19,316 bases of DNA from Candidatus Dadabacteria bacterium (GTDB lineage Bacteria; Desulfobacterota_D; UBA1144; Nemesobacterales; CSP1-2), in contig PSLL01000006.1 in the NCBI GenBank assembly GCA_040289575.1, forward strand, positions 94,438-113,753, written 5' to 3'. Positions within the stretch are counted from its first letter, which is position 1. Each line of letters opens with the position of its first letter. The translations under genes were made by a program, and so were the position numbers. This document shows positions 1 to 6,212 of the stretch, one piece after another. The notes below the pieces were generated by a model that worked only from the letters and a program-made list of their open reading frames with translations, searched no databases and was not told the origin of the DNA.

Positions 1-536
1 ACGTAATACGGCACGATATTCAGACGACTAAGCAGACGAAAAGGCAGGACACTACGTAATGCGATAATCGGATTTGACAAATTATCAAGCGTGAGGAGCA
101 ATTGCCCGCCGACACGGAGCACCCGATAGAGCTCCTTGAGACTCGCAACGACTTCATCCGATAATTCGAAATGGTCTAACGTCGAATTGGAGATGATAAC
201 GTCAAATATTCCGTCGGCAAAGGGAAGACAACGCGCATCCGCTCCTGTTACCTGAAGGCCTCTGTGACGTGATTTTGCAGCCTGAATAGTCAATACAGAT
301 ATATCAATGCCAAAGACGTTTTTCGCCCGCATCACCATCAAAGGATACAGCCCATCCCCTAATGACTCATCGAATAAATCGGTTTTGAGAAGATTCTCTA
401 CCCTATCGGGCGGCAGCCAGCTTGCAAATACGGTAGTGTTAACCGCATCGTTATAGGCACGCCAGAGAGTTTGTGGACCCGTTTCCTGCCAGGTCTTGGC
501 AACTCTGTCCCAGTAGGAGGGCTTTTCTTGAAGCAA
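1..536 (-). CDS. Class I SAM-dependent methyltransferase (Methyltransf_11-like), 3' end beyond the window edge
   Basis: Not in the ORF track; translated by hand from TTG at 536 (GGGGAA 8 nt upstream): MLQEKPSYWDRVAKTWQETGPQTLWRAYNDAVN...LLKTDLFDESLGDG...VFGIDIS...GADARCLPFADGIFDVIISNSTLDHF...LKELYRVLRVGGQLLLTLDN. Frame is open to the edge. The GID, D..LPF.D..FD and E..RVL..GG motifs are typical of the family. Confidence 0.88.
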   Translation of the reverse strand, partial: MLQEKPSYWDRVAKTWQETGPQTLWRAYNDAVNTTVFASWLPPDRVENLLKTDLFDESLGDGLYPLMVMRAKNVFGIDISVLTIQAAKSRHRGLQVTGADARCLPFADGIFDVIISNSTLDHFELSDEVVASLKELYRVLRVGGQLLLTLDNLSNPIIALRSVLPFRLLSRLNIVPYY

Positions 537-580
537 AGGTTCTGTTCCCCAAATCTTTTTAAAAGAGCAAAAATCTAGCC

Positions 581-2179
581 TTAATCCTGTCGCGCAAATA
601 ATCCCAGTGCCTTAATCACTTTTGTCTCAATCGGAAAGCGCATATCCATATATTTGATGCGGTAGCGCGCTACCGGGTGATACAATCTTCCTAAGGCGAC
701 CACGAGTGGGTTTGTCTTTTTATACGGAACTACGAAATGCCCCTTTCCCAAGAACATTAGGGGAAAATCCAATCCCTCTACGAGCCTCTTTGTCTCCGGA
801 GGGATCCATGGGGCTTCATCGGCGACACGCCGAAAGTTAAAACGCGCCCATTCCTCCAACCTTTGAGGTTCCTTAAGTCCGTGCTGGAGTGCAATGTGAT
901 ACAATTCGGTCCCGGGATAAGGAGTGTAGATATTGAAACTCTTGACCGCCCTTGGATTCTCATCAACTAGCCTTTCAGCCAAACGGACGCTCTGAATAAG
1001 CTCATCGGGGGTCTCAGTGGGCAGTCCCATCATGAACAGATAAACCGGAACAATGGGATGGGGAATTAGCTTTCGGCTTGCCTCGATAACCTCTTCGAGA
1101 TTTATATCCTTCTTTATTAAGTCCAGAATACGCTGAGAACCAGACTCTACCCCGATTGTAAGCCGTTTGACGCCGGCTCTGACCATGAGTTTAAGGAAAT
1201 CTTCATCCATCCTGCATATGGTGTCTGCACGAATTTGAAGTTTTCCAATGGTGATGTTGAGACCAGCGCGAACGATTTCCTCCAGGATGCCGTATGCACG
1301 CTTCATATCAATAAAGAAATGATCGTCTGTGAAGTTGAAACCCCTTATGCCGTAATCCCGGACTATCCGCTTTAAATGGTCTACCACAGTCTTTGGCTTC
1401 ATAGCCCTCCATTTTCTCTTATGGAGCACAGGGTCCCAACAAAAACTGCAACGAAACGTACAACCACGGCTGGAGTTGAAGCTGAAGACATCCGATTCGA
1501 AAAGATTCCGCCGATAATGGCTCATGTTAACCATATGATAGGAGAGCAGCGGCTGCTCATCCAGGTTAACAAAAGGACGTTCACCGGTCCAACGGATCTT
1601 ATAACCGCCATTAGAACTCACTGTGACCGGCTCGTTTTTCTCATGGGTTCCAAGAACAAGCAGACCCAAGGCGCTGTTGAGCTTGAACGCCTGGGCTGTA
1701 TCTGATTTACCATTGTTGTCGTTGATACGTTCTTTGTAGCATATGCCTTTTACCCGACTAAGAGGAGCACCAGACTCCAGGGCTTTAACCAGCTCCTCAA
1801 AGGTCTCCTCGCCCTCTCCTACAACTACTATATCCACATAGGGATTTACCAGTGTCTGCTCGGGCAGCAGGCTTGCGTGAATACCGCCCCATACAATAGG
1901 AACATCGGGATGACATTCTCTAAAAACCTTGCAGGCTTCCAGCGCACGAAGAATCTGAGGACCTGTCATACACGTCACCCCGAAGCAGATCGGCTTTTGT
2001 TTAATCGCCTCCATAAACTCCTTCTTCCAATCGGGATTTGCGAACTGATCAATGATTTTGATCTTATATCCCTGACGGTCTAGGGGAGTAGCAGGACAGA
2101 GAAGACTCAATGGAACCTCGACACGCCTTTGCGCCTGCCATCCGCTCCGAGGTGCGGGGTTAAATAATAGAACATCCAT
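581..2179 (-). CDS. Cobalamin (B12)-binding domain radical SAM protein (class B methyltransferase-like)
   Basis: N-terminal B12-binding domain (VPIVWGGIHAS...VDIVVVGEGEETF), SRGCTFRCSFC CxxxCxxC motif, FTDDHF, IGVESGSQRIL, GLPTET, TPYPGTELY. AAGGAG RBS 9 nt upstream of the ATG. Confidence 0.93.
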   Translation of the reverse strand: MDVLLFNPAPRSGWQAQRRVEVPLSLLCPATPLDRQGYKIKIIDQFANPDWKKEFMEAIKQKPICFGVTCMTGPQILRALEACKVFRECHPDVPIVWGGIHASLLPEQTLVNPYVDIVVVGEGEETFEELVKALESGAPLSRVKGICYKERINDNNGKSDTAQAFKLNSALGLLVLGTHEKNEPVTVSSNGGYKIRWTGERPFVNLDEQPLLSYHMVNMSHYRRNLFESDVFSFNSSRGCTFRCSFCWDPVLHKRKWRAMKPKTVVDHLKRIVRDYGIRGFNFTDDHFFIDMKRAYGILEEIVRAGLNITIGKLQIRADTICRMDEDFLKLMVRAGVKRLTIGVESGSQRILDLIKKDINLEEVIEASRKLIPHPIVPVYLFMMGLPTETPDELIQSVRLAERLVDENPRAVKSFNIYTPYPGTELYHIALQHGLKEPQRLEEWARFNFRRVADEAPWIPPETKRLVEGLDFPLMFLGKGHFVVPYKKTNPLVVALGRLYHPVARYRIKYMDMRFPIETKVIKALGLFARQD

Positions 2180-2202
2180 CCCAGTGTTCTCCTTTCTTTT
2201 AC

Positions 2203-2221
2203 ATTATACTTGTCGGACAAG
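2203..2221 (-). promoter_or_regulatory. Putative -10 box (TATAAT, 2208-2203) abutting a perfect palindrome CTTGTC-n-GACAAG (2209-2221), upstream of the radical SAM gene
   Basis: Both elements are read directly from the sequence, just upstream of the RBS at 2189-2194. There is no good -35 at 17 bp spacing. Confidence 0.4.
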
Positions 2222-2281
2222 AGAAAACCTATATAAAAAAACCGAATACGGGTATACATATAGTTCCACAAATATCCTGTC

Positions 2282-3235
2282 TCACAATTCGCTTAATTCT
2301 CTGTATGAATCAACGATCTTAGGATCAAAGGCTTCAAACAACTCTGGGTTTTCTAGATGACTGGGTGACTTATGAGAAAAGATATACTCTCCGACAACGG
2401 GAGCAAGTTTATATACCTCAACCCCACTCTCTTTTTCTACACCTTTGGACAATCGCCTCAATTCTTCTAATATTACCCCCGTATCAAATCCCTTTAGATG
2501 CAAAACTAAAACAACCTGCTCCAAAGAAGCATTGCCTGCTCTATCCCCAATTCCATTAATAGTTACATCAAGACCGTTGGCTCCAGAGTAAACGGCAGCC
2601 AGGGAATTTGCGGTTGCAAGCCCCAGGTCGTTATGTGCATGAAAAAATAGAACAACGTCTAAATATTCTTTTAACCGTTTAACTAAATCATAAACTGAAA
2701 ATGGATCCGAACCACCATTTGTATCGTAAATCGTCACCCTTTTGGCTCCACTCTTAACGGCTTCTTTACATATTTCTAATAAAAATTCAACTTCCGTTTG
2801 TGTAGAATGGGGGAAACCCACACCGACATCTGATCCGTATTGTAAGGAATAGGCAAGCATATCTAAAATAAGACCTATTTTAGCGTCCCTATCATAGGGT
2901 TTTCTTTTAGTGGAGACAGGCATCAAAAGATCAAACCTGTTTAAGTATTTACCTGACTCCTCTATTTCCTGCTGGCAATGAGGACTGTAAGAATATATCA
3001 GACCAGAAGTTTTTAATCTTAGTCCTTCTTCCTTCAGTCTTTTAACAAATTCTAAATCCTTAAGAACCCTACTTGGGGCTACAACTTCGATTTCTTGCAC
3101 ATTAGCCTTATCAAGCAACCTTGCTATATTTAATCTCTGCTCAGGCAAAAAACTCACATTTGGGACATCCAATCCCTCTCTTAGAGTGGAGTCTTTGATT
3201 ATTATCTTTCTAGAAGAAGTCTCCATAATAATCAC
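2282..3235 (-). CDS. DRE-TIM metallolyase, homocitrate/isopropylmalate-synthase-like, short and atypical
   Basis: IKDSTLREG, EIEV, IYDTNG, FHAHNDLGLATANSLAAV..GA, DVTINGIGDRAGNASLEQ, PVVGEYIFSH motifs. GTGA overlap with the stop of the upstream gene; the start could alternatively be the ATG three codons in. No C-terminal regulatory domain. Confidence 0.88.
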   Translation of the reverse strand: MIIMETSSRKIIIKDSTLREGLDVPNVSFLPEQRLNIARLLDKANVQEIEVVAPSRVLKDLEFVKRLKEEGLRLKTSGLIYSYSPHCQQEIEESGKYLNRFDLLMPVSTKRKPYDRDAKIGLILDMLAYSLQYGSDVGVGFPHSTQTEVEFLLEICKEAVKSGAKRVTIYDTNGGSDPFSVYDLVKRLKEYLDVVLFFHAHNDLGLATANSLAAVYSGANGLDVTINGIGDRAGNASLEQVVLVLHLKGFDTGVILEELRRLSKGVEKESGVEVYKLAPVVGEYIFSHKSPSHLENPELFEAFDPKIVDSYRELSEL

Positions 3236-4425
3236 CTATCAAAAACCATTTTACTGTAATTCTTTATCATGGTATCCAAACTGGGAATTCTATAGTCGGG
3301 TTTTGCTTTGCCATCTGCCTCACTCATCCCACTGGTTAAGCAGCAAAGCACCCTATTTCCCTTAGTTATTAGCCCGTTATCTATTTCTTTCAATGTTCCT
3401 GCCAGTGCAATCAAGCCGGTTTTTTCCTCTACTTCTCCATCAATTGATGTAATTTCAACCTCATTATACCGAAGTAAATCTAATATACCTCTTCCATCAA
3501 AGTCCCACTCCAAAAAGTCTCCAAACTCAGAGTGGTTTACTGTAGTTAGGTCTCCATTAGTACCTATAAGAACATCTGTCAGGTCCTTATAAGTCCCATA
3601 GGTATGGGGTTTAACATCATACATAACCTTTGTCAGCAACTGCTCGGTAGAATTTATTTCAGCTGGTTCTATTACTGTCTTCTTTGATTTCCAGGCCTTA
3701 TACATCGGACAGTTAGCCTCCTGCTGAATGCCCAAGAACCTAGGAATACGCCCTATTTCTTTGGTAAAATTCATTAAAACCCAATAAATCCCGATTGGAC
3801 CAAAGGCAGCGCTAATTGCTTGAGTCAACCAATCAAACTTTTTGCTTTCTTCTAACATATATTCCAAGATAAAAAAACCTCTAAATTTGGAAGCCTCATA
3901 ACGCCAGCCAGTTTGAGGAATATGTTTAAGCCCATTTGATCTTTCAAATAAATAGGCGGCCCTTTTAACCAGTTCGGGTTCTTCAACAGAGATTAAATGC
4001 GCTTTATAGGGTTCAAATACCCTGCTATTTAGCAATGGAATATTTTCCTCAGGAAGAAATAAAAATGTCTCTAATCCCACCCTCTGACCGTATTCTGTTA
4101 AAGCCGTGCCGGTATTTCCGCCGGATTCAAAAACGACCCTTTCATAACCTTTTAGTTTACATTTTGCTATGGTTATGCATCCATCAATTGATTTTAATGT
4201 CTTTGTATGCATCAGCGACGTTTCATCCAATATGTAAATCTTCACCCCTTTATATGTCAGTAATGGGAATATTCTCGCTCCTTCTCTAATGCTGGTTTTT
4301 TGCAACCACTCTTTATATCTTGAATCTTCTTCATCCGTCATTTCAAATTTGAATGCGTTCCTGTATCTAAGCACTATGCTCGTTTGAGGATCGTATTTCG
4401 TATCAATGCACTTATCAAGACTCAT
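3232..4425 (-). CDS. PLP-dependent fold-type II enzyme (threonine-synthase / cysteate-synthase-like)
   Basis: Schiff-base Lys motif HTKTLKSIDG, ESGGNTGTAL, QAISAAFGPIG, PRFLGIQQEANCPMYKAWK, TGLIALAG...VLCCLTSG. Start taken as the ATG at 4425, 1 nt after the nitroreductase TAA; the ORF-track start is 4440. Confidence 0.82.
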   Translation of the reverse strand: MSLDKCIDTKYDPQTSIVLRYRNAFKFEMTDEEDSRYKEWLQKTSIREGARIFPLLTYKGVKIYILDETSLMHTKTLKSIDGCITIAKCKLKGYERVVFESGGNTGTALTEYGQRVGLETFLFLPEENIPLLNSRVFEPYKAHLISVEEPELVKRAAYLFERSNGLKHIPQTGWRYEASKFRGFFILEYMLEESKKFDWLTQAISAAFGPIGIYWVLMNFTKEIGRIPRFLGIQQEANCPMYKAWKSKKTVIEPAEINSTEQLLTKVMYDVKPHTYGTYKDLTDVLIGTNGDLTTVNHSEFGDFLEWDFDGRGILDLLRYNEVEITSIDGEVEEKTGLIALAGTLKEIDNGLITKGNRVLCCLTSGMSEADGKAKPDYRIPSLDTMIKNYSKMVFDR

Positions 4426-4426
4426 C

Positions 4427-4969
4427 TTAGAATCTTTCATAATGGATCATTTCCTCTATAATTCTCAATTTCTTAGGTTCAAGGATTTCATCCGGATAGC
4501 CTAATGGAATTATTGTAATCGGGTCAACGTTTTCAGGAATACCCAAGATCTGCCTGATCTCCTCTGAAATCCTCGGTTCATCGGTTCTGTACGCAGATAG
4601 ATATACGCTCCCTAAACCCCTGCTGTATGCCCCCAAGATTATATTGACTGTAGCTAAGACCCCGTTTTCAATCTCTCGACCGTAGGATTTTTGTTTATCA
4701 ACGCAAACAACGATAATAACCGGAGCACATTTCATGAAATCGGCTTTGTAGCTCTGTTTCTCCGGCGGACAATACTTATTCTTGATTTCTATTATTCGTT
4801 TCTTTGTCTTATCCCCTCTAACAACAATAAAATGCCACGGCTGACCGTTCATCGATGAGGGTGCGTATCTAGCTAAATCAAGTAACTCTTCAATAACCGA
4901 GTCCGGTATATCAATTTGCTTGTATTTTCTAATAGCCCTTCTTCCTTTGATAGCTTCGTCTATTTCCAT
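4427..4969 (-). CDS. Nitroreductase family flavoprotein
   Basis: AIKGRRAIRKY, ARYAPSSMNGQPWHFIVV, APVIIVV, GLGSVYL, IIPLGYP. Start set at MEIDEAIK (4969) because the ORF-track extension to 5047 overlaps the remnant C-terminus of the upstream methyltransferase. Confidence 0.92.
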   Translation of the reverse strand: MEIDEAIKGRRAIRKYKQIDIPDSVIEELLDLARYAPSSMNGQPWHFIVVRGDKTKKRIIEIKNKYCPPEKQSYKADFMKCAPVIIVVCVDKQKSYGREIENGVLATVNIILGAYSRGLGSVYLSAYRTDEPRISEEIRQILGIPENVDPITIIPLGYPDEILEPKKLRIIEEMIHYERF

Positions 4970-4985
4970 TTTGTCTTTACCTGTC

Positions 4986-5801
4986 TTAGACATCATAGCC
5001 GTAGCCAGATTCCGGTTTTTGAGCCAATACAATAATTGTATGACCAAATTATGACGTTATGGAAGACCTAGAAAGGAACCAAGCCTCACCTTTCATCAAC
5101 CAGTATAGCAGGGTATTTAGCCATTGCAGATGCATCTAGGGTCTTCTGTTGGGCAAACCTTGCCTATGATACACCTGATTTTTCCTATGTTTCAAGTATC
5201 GCCTGATAGTGGGAATAACAGACATCAATGCGTTGGCACAGGTTAATTTGAGGGTATGAAAGCCCGCCTCCAGAACCTTATCCCTCACCTCATCAGGACT
5301 GTACATTCTGTATTTCTCATCCACCGATTTTGCCCCTTTTCCTATTCCCTGGCTCGAATTCGTCAATAGTAAAAGGCAGCCGCCCGGCTTTAACACCCCA
5401 TAAAATTCCCTTAAAGCCGTTTTGTCGGATCCTTTCCTCGGCAGGTGTTGAATAACAGCCTTGCAGACGACCAGATCAAACAGACCGTTTTTAAATGACA
5501 GTTCCATTACGGAGGCCTGGGAAAGAAGGCGTTGTTCTCGCCTTCGACAAAATTGAAAGGCATGCCATGAAAGGTCTATTCCCACTGCTTGTTTGGGCAG
5601 GGTATATCGTTCCAGCCATGTGAGGGTGAACCCAGTGCCGCATCTCGCATCAAGGATGCTCAGATTCTTCATTCCACGGTAGTGGGAATTTAAGATTCTG
5701 GCGGCAACTTCATGTATGCCTATATACCACCAGTGTTTTTCCTCAACTTCATAAAGCCGTTCATAATACTCATAAGACCCTATCCGTGGATTCTTATGCA
5801 T
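4986..5801 (-). pseudogene. Class I SAM-dependent methyltransferase pseudogene (two in-frame stops)
   Basis: ORF 5801-5136 has EEKHWWY, ILDARCGTG (G>R in motif I), VGIDLS, FDLVVC, VLKPGG. The same frame continues past TAG (5136-5138) as MHLQWLNTLLYWLMKGEAWFLSRSSITS, then TAA (5049-5051), then FGHTIIVLAQKPESGYGYDV to TAA at 4986. This matches the usual WLN..L...EA...LPFG.S....A.K tail of such glycan-locus methyltransferases. Confidence 0.8.
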
Positions 5802-5848
5802 AACTGTGACTAAGATTGCTAATTAAAAATCTTGATCAATGAAACTCT

Positions 5849-6184
5849 TCATTTCCTGAGATCAACGACCTTATTATAAATCCATCCAATCAGCGCTCCG
5901 CCAAAAGTGCCCACAGCAAAACCATAGAGAAATCCAATAACGCTTCCAAAAAACGTGACCCTGTATCCTATGAAGAACTGACTTAAGAGCCGTAAATGCG
6001 GTCCTACTACATAATCGCCACTTGGGGTTACATAACCGCCCTTGATTACAAGCCAGTTAGTTGCAATGAATATAGCCAGACCAAAAAGGATACCAAGAAT
6101 TAACCCCAGTACCTTGGCATTTAACCGCACTACAGCACTTAAAAGCTTCTGTTCCTCCTCTGGCCAATCCGTACCTCCCCCCAC
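5849..6184 (-). CDS. Small integral membrane protein, paralogous to the C-terminal domain of the upstream oxidoreductase
   Basis: Two long hydrophobic Gly-rich segments flank VGPHLRLLSQFFIGYRVT. GTG at 6184 has GGAGGT 6 nt upstream; the ORF-track TTG start is 6199. Confidence 0.8.
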   Translation of the reverse strand: MGGGTDWPEEEQKLLSAVVRLNAKVLGLILGILFGLAIFIATNWLVIKGGYVTPSGDYVVGPHLRLLSQFFIGYRVTFFGSVIGFLYGFAVGTFGGALIGWIYNKVVDLRK

Positions 6185-6212
6185 TTTATTACCTCCCAAG
6201 TACTAAGACATA

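Noticed and set aside
1601..1729. Intein in the radical SAM protein
   Set aside because: Far too short, with no N-terminal Cys/Ser and no C-terminal His-Asn splice motif.
2234..2253. Intrinsic terminator after the DRE-TIM gene (CCG-TATT-CGG followed by a T-run on the minus strand)
   Set aside because: A stem of only 3-4 bp is too weak to call.
2282..4440. Methanogen coenzyme M / coenzyme B biosynthesis (cysteate synthase + AksA)
   Set aside because: The context is bacterial (pbpC, alpha-2-macroglobulin), no comDE or aksDEF genes are present, and both enzymes deviate from the canonical motifs.
581..4440. Phosphonate biosynthetic cluster
   Set aside because: No PEP mutase (EDK...N motif) is in the window; only the analogy is retained.
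4970..5047. 26-residue N-terminal extension of the nitroreductase
   Set aside because: It overlaps the remnant methyltransferase C-terminus in another frame, and the nitroreductase family signature starts at MEIDEAIK.
5049..5138. Stop-codon reassignment or pyrrolysine read-through in the methyltransferase
   Set aside because: The two internal stops differ (TAG and TAA), both codons terminate other genes in the window, and the SAM motif is also damaged.
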